Virus record (IMG/VR): IMGVR_UViG_3300042549_007727
Origin: a virus
Length of the DNA: 64,000 nt
Reading direction: 5' to 3' (one strand)
A program made the translations under genes and the position numbers. Within the stretch, counting starts at the first letter, position 1, and every line of letters starts with the position of its first letter. Below are positions 25,783 to 35,351 of the stretch, piece after piece. The notes below the pieces were generated by a model. That model worked only from the letters and a program-made list of their open reading frames with translations. It was not told the DNA's origin and made no database searches.

Positions 25783-27914
25783 TCATCTCATTCAGAGAAG
25801 TACAAGTAAATCCTGACTCGGACGTCGAGTTTGATTTACCTGATTGGGAAGACGTCCCTTCTGAAGTTAGAGCCCTACCAAATGCAGTCATCCCTGAGTT
25901 TATAGATTCTAAAGCTGTAAGGGCCCTACCAGAGTTTGCAAACTTAAGTAGATATGGTGGAGCTACTTATGAAGCTAACCTAGAAGCAGCTGCAAAAAGA
26001 GCATACCTACTGCGCGATGAGATGCACCGAAGAGCGATGCAAATCTCGAGTTTCCCGGCTAGAGACCTTCTTGGCACCGGTTATCAGCTAGATAAAAACT
26101 CTATTTCCCTAGGCGAAGAAGTTCCAGCCTCTAGCATTTCAATCCTAAGAAATGCGGCGTTTGACTCGCAAGACTTAAGTTTTGCTCGCGCTGTGGTAAA
26201 AATTGCTGGAGCAAAAAATCCCAGTTCAAATTTTTACAATGAGCAATTTGAAAAAAGTTTAGCGTTTTTTGTCCAGTTCCTTAGGTCAGACGACCCGAAT
26301 CTCACGATTGACGAAACTGTAGACGGTATCCTTGAGCGAGGGGTAAAATTTACACCTAGTTCGGGCTCGGAGAGTGTTTCGCCTTTTGGATCCATTCGAG
26401 TGCCTTTCAAGGTTACAAGAACTGAACAAACTAAAAACGGGTTCATAACTCCTTCGGTAGATATGTCTCCTTATAGGGCTTCTGTAGGAGTTTTAAATAA
26501 TTTTTATTCAAATAATTTAACTCCAACCGGCCTCAGGCCTGAAAAGACTTCGTTAGTCATTAGCGCAACTAACGAATTGGCCTCAGCTGAGTACACAAGA
26601 GTAACTACTTTGGTTAAAAAAGACGGCTTCTCGGGGGTTCAGGGAGTCAACATAGCTACAAACACGTACGGCAACGTTGTGCCTATGACTAATGAAAATG
26701 AATCTCTAGACCTTATAGCGTCTACAGTCACAAATAATACGATTATTATCAACCACGAAAGCGCTTCTAAAACACCGTCTGCTTTCAGGATAGATCCTAT
26801 AGTTGAGACAGTTCTACATGAGTACGGCCACACAGTTGAAAGCAATGTTTTGGGCGTCACCTGGGGGTGGAGCAACAACTCAAGCACTGAAGCCTATGCT
26901 GAAGTCAAGGCTAGAAAAGTTTCAGAGTACGGTGAAAACAACATTCGTGAGCACTTTGCCGAAAGTTTTGCTAAGTACCTGGGCTCAGGGCAGGCTTCTA
27001 AAGAATTTAGAGATTTCTTAGAAAACCAAGTTGGAATAAAAGAACTAAGCTTAGAGACCCTTTTGCCAAAAATTTTCCAAAATGATAATTTTGTAGACGG
27101 ACTAGAAAAATACTTAAACGAAAACGCGGATTTGGGCGGGTACACCGTAAAGATGACTTCAAAGGGTAATAACACAAAAAATGCAGATCTAAGGACCCTA
27201 TTAAATAGAAAAGGAAGTAGTAGGCATCTTGGCGTAACTCTATCGTGGGAGGCAAGCGTACTAGATTCCCAGGGTCGGGATACTGGAGGATCTGGAATGT
27301 CTAGAGCTCTAAAAGTAGATCCAAATACTGGCGAAATTACAGTCAGCCATCTATCTTTTAAGCTTGGTGACAGCGTTCAAGGTCTCGGCCTGGGGGAAAA
27401 GATCACAAAAGCAGCGGTAGAATACTATAAATCTATAGGAGCAGACAGAATAAAAACATCTGCAGCTGCCACCGATAGCTACCCAAACGGCGCTTACATG
27501 TGGGCTCTTCAAGGGTTTGATTTTGCAGATTCAGCAGAAAGAGATATGTATCACAAGAGGGTTAAGCTTGCTTATGCTGCTTTAAGCGAATATGCTGCAG
27601 ATAGCGAAAGATACAATTCTATGGACTTTATGGAAGTCAGCAGAGAAATTGCACGAAAAACAAACTCTGACCAAACCTCGCTGCTACAGCTAATCGCTGA
27701 ACTAAGAAGAAACGGTTGGGTAATCAGTAATGATCTTCTCAACCAACTAAAGTCAATAGCGGACAAAAACGGAGTAGAAGTTACAGCTAAACTTATTGCA
27801 GAAATAGGCAGAGGCAATAAAAAAGACAAGGGAAAGAAGTTTTCTACCCTTGGTAGGCACATTATGGTGGCTACTGCGAGAGGCTGGAGTGCAGTTATGG
27901 AGCTGAAGAATTGA
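25761..27914 (+). CDS. -1-frame extension: zincin metallopeptidase + GNAT-like effector domains
   Basis: Frame open from the slippery site with no RBS/start before 26022; HEYGH...SEYG..N.REHFAESF; QGLGLG...GAYMWALQGF. Confidence 0.75.
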   Translation, partial: SLGPSQGLISFREVQVNPDSDVEFDLPDWEDVPSEVRALPNAVIPEFIDSKAVRALPEFANLSRYGGATYEANLEAAAKRAYLLRDEMHRRAMQISSFPARDLLGTGYQLDKNSISLGEEVPASSISILRNAAFDSQDLSFARAVVKIAGAKNPSSNFYNEQFEKSLAFFVQFLRSDDPNLTIDETVDGILERGVKFTPSSGSESVSPFGSIRVPFKVTRTEQTKNGFITPSVDMSPYRASVGVLNNFYSNNLTPTGLRPEKTSLVISATNELASAEYTRVTTLVKKDGFSGVQGVNIATNTYGNVVPMTNENESLDLIASTVTNNTIIINHESASKTPSAFRIDPIVETVLHEYGHTVESNVLGVTWGWSNNSSTEAYAEVKARKVSEYGENNIREHFAESFAKYLGSGQASKEFRDFLENQVGIKELSLETLLPKIFQNDNFVDGLEKYLNENADLGGYTVKMTSKGNNTKNADLRTLLNRKGSSRHLGVTLSWEASVLDSQGRDTGGSGMSRALKVDPNTGEITVSHLSFKLGDSVQGLGLGEKITKAAVEYYKSIGADRIKTSAAATDSYPNGAYMWALQGFDFADSAERDMYHKRVKLAYAALSEYAADSERYNSMDFMEVSREIARKTNSDQTSLLQLIAELRRNGWVISNDLLNQLKSIADKNGVEVTAKLIAEIGRGNKKDKGKKFSTLGRHIMVATARGWSAVMELKN

Positions 27915-28261
27915 ACGAATTAAGCGAATATAGAGACTTATACTTTAATTTTATATCGACTAGGCAGCTACCAGACGATATTGAAGAGTGGCCCGAGGCA
28001 GATCAAGAAGAGTTTTATGCCCTGTCAGATGAGCTCTCTGCTAAGTACCGTAAGGCAGAAGAGGAGCGTCTAGCACGTCCTCTAGATAAGCAAGAGCCTG
28101 AAGGCTTCTACATGATAAACATCACCCTAGAGACTGATGACGGTCCTATATATCAGAAGCTGGACATCAGGACCTTACCGCTAGAAAAGCTCTCGTCGCT
28201 GTGCGCTACTTTCCCCCAGTACAACGACTACTACTTTAAAAAAGCACTAAACATACAATAA
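27911..28261 (+). CDS. small acidic hypothetical protein (immunity-like position)
   Basis: TTGA overlap with effector stop, RBS GGAG. Confidence 0.65.
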   Translation: MNELSEYRDLYFNFISTRQLPDDIEEWPEADQEEFYALSDELSAKYRKAEEERLARPLDKQEPEGFYMINITLETDDGPIYQKLDIRTLPLEKLSSLCATFPQYNDYYFKKALNIQ

Positions 28262-28325
28262 TTAATAGTATGATAAACTTATAGCTAGATCCAACTAGCT
28301 AGTAGAGAAATAGGATCAGGACATT

Positions 28326-28724
28326 ATGGCTGAAGAGCAAACTTTCAACGTCTCTCTCGAACCCACTATTTACTTCTATGTAAATAAAGACAGCGGGGAG
28401 GTCGAGTACGTATCTATGTATACCATCTTTGGTAACACTGTCCGCGCTAAAGGCGAAAAATGGACCATGGGTACCAGAGACATGCTAGCAAAATACTACT
28501 CCCCTGACTACGAAATCTGGTCTTACGACTGGTCTAACGAAGACGACACTCCTGGCAGCGGATCTGCAGACCCAGACGACGAAGACAGCTGGGAAATAGA
28601 CTTAGTCCAAGACTGGGCTAGAGGCGAAGACTTGACCAGAGCTGACCTAGAGGAAACCTGCAAGCTGGTCAACTCTGGAGAGTACATGAGCGCCGAAGAA
28701 GCCGAAAGCATTCCAGGAGAATAA
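28326..28724 (+). CDS. acidic hypothetical protein
   Basis: RBS AGGA; promoter-like TATGATAAACT upstream. Confidence 0.7.
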   Translation: MAEEQTFNVSLEPTIYFYVNKDSGEVEYVSMYTIFGNTVRAKGEKWTMGTRDMLAKYYSPDYEIWSYDWSNEDDTPGSGSADPDDEDSWEIDLVQDWARGEDLTRADLEETCKLVNSGEYMSAEEAESIPGE

Positions 28725-28726
28725 AT

Positions 28727-31700
28727 ATGTCCGATGCTCGTATGTATACAATCCCAGGTGGAGTTCAGGCCGAAGCAAAAAAAGCTCTTGCATGGCGTAA
28801 AGAGTACAAGCGCGGTGGTACACCTGTTGGATTGAATACTGCACGCACTCTTGCTAAGGGCGGACAGATTGGCATTGAGAAAATTCGTCACATTGCTAAA
28901 TACTTCCCTCGTCACGAAGTTGATAAAAAGGGTAAGGGCTGGGCACCAGGCGAAGACAAGTTTCCTTCTAACGGTCGTATTGCATGGGCACTCTGGGGCG
29001 GAGACGCTGGACAGCGTTGGGCATCTGCAATTGTAGAACGTGTAAATAAAAAAGAATCTACCACTGCTTCTGCTGGCATATACGGTGTAGAAGATTTACA
29101 GCCAGAGAGCGAATTAAACGCTTTCAAAATGGCGCATGAATTAGACCCGAACGTTGGTCCAGAGTTTATGTGCCGAGTTCGTCTAGACAACTCTGGAATC
29201 GACAGACTATACAAAATAGACATTGATGGTCAGATTTATGTCTGGGATGGTTCCGTTTGGGACAACATGGGAGACGTCGATGGAGATGTCTATCTCTATG
29301 ACTCAGAGCTAGATAATCCAGACGATTTAGTAAAGAAGACCCATGTTTTGGTGGACCCTTCTTCTGCTGTAGTTATCTCTGCATTCCTACAAGAGCGCCC
29401 TTTCACTCCAGTACTTCTAGAGGAGATTGACCCTGAGGAAACTCAGATGATGTACGACGCTCTAGCTGAAGAAGATTTTGACTTCATAGACAGAGTTATA
29501 ACTTCTGCCGGTGTCCCTCTTTCAGGGGAAGGCGACGGTGTCTACACCGAAGACGAGCGTTCAGAGAATGCATCAAAGCAGGTAAGAGACGCTACTGGAA
29601 GATTTGCTACTGTAGGTCAGAGAGTGGCCGTGGGCGGAGACATACAAAGAGGCTCTGGAACTATAACCAAACTAGACGCAAAAAATGGGTTAGTCGACGT
29701 TAAACTAGACAGTGGAAAAACTGTAACTATTGATAGCAAATTCAGCCAGCCACTAAAAAATATCCCTGGCCCTATAGCAACACCTAAACTTCAAGATGTA
29801 CCTTTAGATTTGTCCGGCATAATTGGGGAACCTAGAACACCAATTAATATGCCAAAGGCACACCTTCCGGGCTCGCTGCCCCCTATGACTTCAGACGAGC
29901 TTCAACTTATGCTTGACGACTTTCCTAGTTATGTCAGACGCATGCGTCAGTCCTACAAACCTTACGATAAGGCGGACAAAGATAGGGTGCAAAAGAGATG
30001 GGGCTCAGACGTAGCTCAAGAGGCGTCTATATTAGCTTCGGCTGAGAAAGAGGAAGCTCTAACCCCAGAGACTACAGATGTTCCTGCTAAATACTTAGCC
30101 ATAGTATCTCCAGACGACCTTGAAGCGGTTATGGACTTAGTAGCAATAGTACCTGCGTCTAAATCATCTACCGAGCCTACTACTTATGTCAGAGAAGACG
30201 AGAAGTGGGTACCAAATCCTCAAATTCTGCGCGATCTAAAGTCAGCTTCGCCACCACCGGTTGCAGCTCTAACTGACAAAGATATCTTGAACGATGTTCT
30301 CTTGCAGGTTGATGGCAAAGCTCCAGTTGTTGCAACTGGGTTGCCATTCTTCTTGTTCTGGGAAAAAGTTGTAGAGCCAATTCTGGCTGCTGGTGGACTA
30401 GACCGTAACCGAGGCAATGCCGAAGAACTTCGACGCTACTGGACATCCGGTAAGGGTGCTGCCAAGATCCGCTGGGGTACTCCCGGAGACTGGACCCGCT
30501 GCGTCCGCAACCTCTCTAAGTACATGGGCCCTCGTGCGAAGGGCTACTGCCAGCTTCGCCACAAGGATGCAACTGGTGTATACACCGGGAGCAAATTAAA
30601 CCCTGGTAAGAAAGATAAGTCTTTTAGTACTTTGACTAACTTGTACGTTTCAGAAGAAGCGTTTGATGAGACTATGATTCAAAGATCTAGTCAATCAGCA
30701 GCAGCTAAAGATGCTCGAGAGAAAATTGGACTAGTTGCATCCATTAAAACTGGTAAAGGCTCAAGCTTCACAATTCCAATGCTAGTTCCAGAAGAAGTAG
30801 AGTCTGGAGACGGTAGGAAGTTCCGTAAGGGCTCTATCTCGCTGCGAGACCTGCCAGTCCCTCTACTTTGGCAGATAAAAACTGGATCAGGGCACGATGG
30901 CTCTGTAGTAGTTGGAAGAATTAACACCATAGAAAGAATTGAAGGCGGGCTAGGAAATGCGTCAGGAGTATTTGACGACGGCCCGTATGGAAAAGAAGCA
31001 GAGCGTCTTGTTAGAAACGGGTTCCTTCGCGGTGTATCCGTTGACCTAGATCAGTTTGAGGCAAAAGAAGATAAAAAGCCTAAATCTGAACTTGCAGATG
31101 GCGATGACGAGCAAGAAATCGGTAAAGACAAACTCACTATAAATAAGGCACGCGTAATGGCTGCTACAATTGTAGCTAAGCCGGCATTCCAAGAATGCTC
31201 TATTTTACTTAATGCCGAGGGGGATCAGGAGGAAAACATGACCCCACAAGATGGCGTATATGAAGAGTCTGTCACAGACTTTACTGACGTTGAGCCGCTA
31301 CTAGCTTCAGGATTTCTAGACTCAGAGATACCTGTACTACCACCACAAGAGTGGTTTGAAGACCCTAAGCTAACTAAGCCAACCCCTCTAACTGTAGACC
31401 CAAGCGGTCGCATCTACGGACACATTGCAGCATGGCACGTAAACCACATTGGTATGCCTCGCTCAACTCGTCCACCGCGCTCTCGTAGCAAGTACGCATA
31501 CTTCCACACTGGAGTAGTTAAGACTGATGCAGGCAAGGATGTTCCAGTTGGACAGCTAACTCTTGCTGGCGGTCACGCAGACCTACACGCTAGCGCATCT
31601 CAGGCTGCTAAGCACTACGACGACACAGCTTCTGCAATCGCAGACGTACATGCCGGAGAAGATGAGTTTGGTATCTACGTATGCGGCTCACTGCGTCCAG

Positions 31701-33028
31701 ATGCAAGCGAGATGCAGATCCGTGCACTACGTGCTTCTGCCCCTTCGGGTGACTGGAGACCAATCAACGGCGCTCTAGAGCTTGTTGCAGTTTGTCAGGT
31801 TAACGTTCCAGGATTCCCTATCGCTCGTGCGCTAGTTGCCTCTGGAAAGATTATGGCTTTGGTTGCTGCTGGTGCTAACTACATGGCAATTCTTAAGAGT
31901 GAGCACGTAGAGCACTTTGCGACTAGGGCGCTTCTACTTTCGCAGCTTGCATCAACCTCTCCAGACCTTAAAGGCAGAGTTCGTACTGCTAAAAAAGCTG
32001 CTAGAGCATTTGCACTTGACTCGGCCACACGAAAAGCAGATGAGCTACGAGAAAGAGCTCTAGTTGCTTCTGCAATTACTGAGCTTGCTAAATTTACTGA
32101 AGAAGAAAGAGCAGAGCTGTCTGAAAAAGGTTTTGCTCTACCTGACGGTTCTTACCCTATTCGAAACGAAGAAGATCTAAAGAACGCAATACGGGCTTAT
32201 GGTAGAGCAGAGAAGTCAAAAAGAGCATCTGTTCGTAAGCACATCGTAAAGCGTGCTCGTGCTCTAAAAAAGCAATCATTGATCCCAGACAACTGGGCTA
32301 ACGCTGGATCAGCGGAAGCCATGTCTATCGTTGCTTCAATGAGATCGAAGATCTCAGAGTTTGCCCTGCCAGAAGAAGAGATTACTGACGAAGATCTTGA
32401 AGAACTGATAGACGTTAAGGCAGAAGCTGACAAGCAGACTGAAGAAGAGATTAAGGCAGCTGAAGAAGTAAAAAAAGGTGAAGCCCCTACCGTAGATAGG
32501 GACGAAGATGGTCGTCCTAAGTATGTGTCAGGGGTAAATCAGCCTAGAGATGCTAAGGGTAAGTACCGCACAGTGTTGGCCCGCTTAAAGCAGGACTTAG
32601 GTGTTGCTGGACTATCTAGAGCCCTCAAAAAAGCAGAGCAAGCCGAAAACCTAGACTTTGCCGGAGATTACGCAAATTCAGTTGGAGCTAGCACCGAACT
32701 ATTGGGAATGATAGACCGACTAGATTCAGGTGCCCTAAACGCTAGAGCCCTAGAAAACGTCAGATTGACAGCTGCAGAGCTTGGTAAGACAATTGCAAAC
32801 CTGCCACTACCCTTTGGTAAAGAGGCAAGCAAGCTAAAATTTAGTGATTTGCCCACTGGGCTTAAAGACCTAATCGAACAAATGATTACGAGGGTCGAAG
32901 CCAAGATTGGTAAAGAGGACGCGGACATTGCCACGCAAAGCCTGAGGTCCTATATGTCCGGAGCGGACGTCTACTCTCAGGGTGAAGTTCAGTCTGAGAT
33001 GAGCAAGCTACTCCGACTCCTTACCTAA
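28727..33028 (+). CDS. multidomain capsid maturation (prohead) protease-containing protein
   Basis: 1433 aa just before capsid; ESGDGR...PLLWQ...GHDGSVVVGRI...GVSVD protease-like region; ALPDGSYPI and KIRWGTPGDWTRC domains. Confidence 0.75.
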   Translation: MSDARMYTIPGGVQAEAKKALAWRKEYKRGGTPVGLNTARTLAKGGQIGIEKIRHIAKYFPRHEVDKKGKGWAPGEDKFPSNGRIAWALWGGDAGQRWASAIVERVNKKESTTASAGIYGVEDLQPESELNAFKMAHELDPNVGPEFMCRVRLDNSGIDRLYKIDIDGQIYVWDGSVWDNMGDVDGDVYLYDSELDNPDDLVKKTHVLVDPSSAVVISAFLQERPFTPVLLEEIDPEETQMMYDALAEEDFDFIDRVITSAGVPLSGEGDGVYTEDERSENASKQVRDATGRFATVGQRVAVGGDIQRGSGTITKLDAKNGLVDVKLDSGKTVTIDSKFSQPLKNIPGPIATPKLQDVPLDLSGIIGEPRTPINMPKAHLPGSLPPMTSDELQLMLDDFPSYVRRMRQSYKPYDKADKDRVQKRWGSDVAQEASILASAEKEEALTPETTDVPAKYLAIVSPDDLEAVMDLVAIVPASKSSTEPTTYVREDEKWVPNPQILRDLKSASPPPVAALTDKDILNDVLLQVDGKAPVVATGLPFFLFWEKVVEPILAAGGLDRNRGNAEELRRYWTSGKGAAKIRWGTPGDWTRCVRNLSKYMGPRAKGYCQLRHKDATGVYTGSKLNPGKKDKSFSTLTNLYVSEEAFDETMIQRSSQSAAAKDAREKIGLVASIKTGKGSSFTIPMLVPEEVESGDGRKFRKGSISLRDLPVPLLWQIKTGSGHDGSVVVGRINTIERIEGGLGNASGVFDDGPYGKEAERLVRNGFLRGVSVDLDQFEAKEDKKPKSELADGDDEQEIGKDKLTINKARVMAATIVAKPAFQECSILLNAEGDQEENMTPQDGVYEESVTDFTDVEPLLASGFLDSEIPVLPPQEWFEDPKLTKPTPLTVDPSGRIYGHIAAWHVNHIGMPRSTRPPRSRSKYAYFHTGVVKTDAGKDVPVGQLTLAGGHADLHASASQAAKHYDDTASAIADVHAGEDEFGIYVCGSLRPDASEMQIRALRASAPSGDWRPINGALELVAVCQVNVPGFPIARALVASGKIMALVAAGANYMAILKSEHVEHFATRALLLSQLASTSPDLKGRVRTAKKAARAFALDSATRKADELRERALVASAITELAKFTEEERAELSEKGFALPDGSYPIRNEEDLKNAIRAYGRAEKSKRASVRKHIVKRARALKKQSLIPDNWANAGSAEAMSIVASMRSKISEFALPEEEITDEDLEELIDVKAEADKQTEEEIKAAEEVKKGEAPTVDRDEDGRPKYVSGVNQPRDAKGKYRTVLARLKQDLGVAGLSRALKKAEQAENLDFAGDYANSVGASTELLGMIDRLDSGALNARALENVRLTAAELGKTIANLPLPFGKEASKLKFSDLPTGLKDLIEQMITRVEAKIGKEDADIATQSLRSYMSGADVYSQGEVQSEMSKLLRLLT

Positions 33029-33149
33029 AAAGTAAGGTAAAATTATACCTAGGTAGAGCGCCTCACGCCGACGTGTGTTGGGTCCCTCCACCTTGACTGA
33101 TTAAACAGGACGTAAAATGCGTCCGACAACAACTGGCCTAGGAGGTACA

Positions 33150-35264
33150 GTGTACGACCAAATTAAAACTCAGCTAGACGCAATGTCTGAGTTAAGCGAC
33201 GAACAGCTCGCTGAACTACAGGCAGATATCGTCAGCCAGTTCGAAATGGTTGAGGGCGAAGACCCGACTACTGAAACAGTTGATGCTATGCAGTCTCTAG
33301 CAGACTCTATTGACATGGTTCGCGGCGAGCTTTCTCGTCGTGAAGAGTTAGCAGCAGAACTTGCTGCTAAGGCAGCGGAAGCTACCGCTCGTGTTAAGGG
33401 TGAAGCTAAAGACATGCAAGAAGAAGATATGGCTATGACCGAAGATGAGTCCATGGAAGAGCCTATTGCTGAAGAAATGCCTGCTACAGAAGATGTATCT
33501 GAGGATGCACCTGTAGAAGAAGTTTCTGAAGAAGTAGAGGAAACCGAGGAAGTCGAAGAGGAAATGGTCGAGGAAGAAGACAAGAAGAAGGAGAAAGAAA
33601 TGTCTGTAGATGAAACTATCGCAGCATCCGCATCCGAAGAGTCGACTACCGAGGCTGTTGCACCTGAGACAGCTATCGAAGAGGTCGCTGCTCCGGAAGC
33701 AGAGCTTTCTGCAGAAGAGACTGTAGCCGAGGCTCCAGTCGAGGTAGAGGCAGTGGTCGAAGAGACTACTGTTGACACCGCAGAGGCAACCGAAGCAAGT
33801 GCAGAAGTTTCCGAGGAAGCTGAATTCTCAGCTGACTCAGAAGTTGAAGCAGAGGCATCACAAGCATCAACAAATCAGGAAGACGGTTCTGAACTATCAA
33901 CCGAAGAAACAACCAACGAAAACATTGAATCATCAATCGCTCTTGTAGAAGAGCAGGAAGAGCAGGCCCCAGTGACCGCTTCAGCCGAACAGCCTTTCGA
34001 GGCCCCAGCTGACCGCCAGCCTGTTGTTCAGGTTACCGAAGTTCCAGTAGCAATTACTGCTGGTGCTGACATTCCTGGTTACACAGCTGGTAGCACAATC
34101 AACGACATGTACGAAGTAGCTCAGGCTATGGAAAAGCGAATCCACTCGCTTCGTCGTGTTAACGGAGGAGACGGAGAGCAGCACATTGTTGCATCTGTAA
34201 CCACCTCGTTCCCAGAGGATCGCACCCTCTCAACCGATGCAGAGTCTAACTCGATCAAGATCAACGCTGTTTCAAGCCAGGCACTTGTTGCTTCTGGTGG
34301 ACACGCAGCGCCTCTAGAGGTCAAGTACGACATTTACGCAATCGGTTCTACCACCAACCGCCCAGTTCGTGACTCATTGCCACGTTTCCAGGCAGACCGC
34401 GGTGGTATCCGTTTCGTAACCCCACCAAGCTTTGCTGCTGGTACTTATGCTGACGCAGTCGGCGTATGGACTGCTGCTGTAGATGCTGCCCCAGAGAGTG
34501 CTACTAAGACTAGCCTAACTGTAGCTGCTGCTGCAGAGGCTACTGCTACCACTGACGCTGTAACCCTACAGCTACAGTTCGGTAACCTTATGACTCGCGC
34601 TTACCCAGAGTTGATTGCTCGCCACAACGAGCTAGCTCTAGTACAGCACGCACGTGAGGCTGAGCAGTATGTAATCGGCAAGATCGAGGCTGGCTCTACT
34701 GCTGTTACTTCTGGAACCCTAATCGGTTTTGGTCGCGACTTCCTAGTATCAGTCCGCAAAGCAGCTGTTGCTTACCGTTCACGTCACCGCATCTCTCAGA
34801 GCACAACTCTGAAGGCAATTGTTCCTGACTGGATCTATGACGCAATGGCAGCTGACCTAGCTCTAGCTATGCCAGGAGACGGTACTCTGTCTGTTGGCCG
34901 TGGCGAGATCGAGGGTTACCTATCCCAGCTAAACGTAGCTCTAGTTGCATCACCTGACATGACCGTTTTCGGTACTCAGGGTGGATCTGCAGCAATCCTA
35001 GAGTTCCCGGACAGCTTCAAGTGGTACCTATTCGCTGAGGGAACATTCTTGTTCCTTGACGGTGGTTCACTAGATCTAGGTATCATCCGCGACAGCTCCC
35101 TTGTTGGAACCAACGACTACAAGATGTTCGTTGAGACCTTCGAAGGTGTTGCAAAGGTTGGTATTGAGGCACTTGCAATCACCCAGACCGTTAACGTTAA
35201 CGGTGTGGCTGCTGCTCTACGCGACACCACTGGTGGCGCAACTGCAGCTGCAATCGAGGTCTAA
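33150..35264 (+). CDS. major capsid protein with N-terminal scaffold-like/acidic region
   Basis: GTG after GGAGG; coiled-coil + Glu-rich N-terminus; ALVASGG; LDLGIIRDSSL..NDY..FVETFEG; strong terminator after. Confidence 0.85.
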   Translation: MYDQIKTQLDAMSELSDEQLAELQADIVSQFEMVEGEDPTTETVDAMQSLADSIDMVRGELSRREELAAELAAKAAEATARVKGEAKDMQEEDMAMTEDESMEEPIAEEMPATEDVSEDAPVEEVSEEVEETEEVEEEMVEEEDKKKEKEMSVDETIAASASEESTTEAVAPETAIEEVAAPEAELSAEETVAEAPVEVEAVVEETTVDTAEATEASAEVSEEAEFSADSEVEAEASQASTNQEDGSELSTEETTNENIESSIALVEEQEEQAPVTASAEQPFEAPADRQPVVQVTEVPVAITAGADIPGYTAGSTINDMYEVAQAMEKRIHSLRRVNGGDGEQHIVASVTTSFPEDRTLSTDAESNSIKINAVSSQALVASGGHAAPLEVKYDIYAIGSTTNRPVRDSLPRFQADRGGIRFVTPPSFAAGTYADAVGVWTAAVDAAPESATKTSLTVAAAAEATATTDAVTLQLQFGNLMTRAYPELIARHNELALVQHAREAEQYVIGKIEAGSTAVTSGTLIGFGRDFLVSVRKAAVAYRSRHRISQSTTLKAIVPDWIYDAMAADLALAMPGDGTLSVGRGEIEGYLSQLNVALVASPDMTVFGTQGGSAAILEFPDSFKWYLFAEGTFLFLDGGSLDLGIIRDSSLVGTNDYKMFVETFEGVAKVGIEALAITQTVNVNGVAAALRDTTGGATAAAIEV

Positions 35265-35282
35265 ACCCCGATAGCAAATCTC

Positions 35283-35318
35283 GTAGCGGGGGAGGTCAGC
35301 AATGGCCTCCCCCAATAC
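35283..35318 (+). terminator. terminator after capsid gene
   Basis: GGGGGAGGTCA-GCAA-TGGCCTCCCCC. Confidence 0.7.
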
Positions 35319-35351
35319 AGAAAACTTAAGACTTAACTTAAAGGATTTTAA

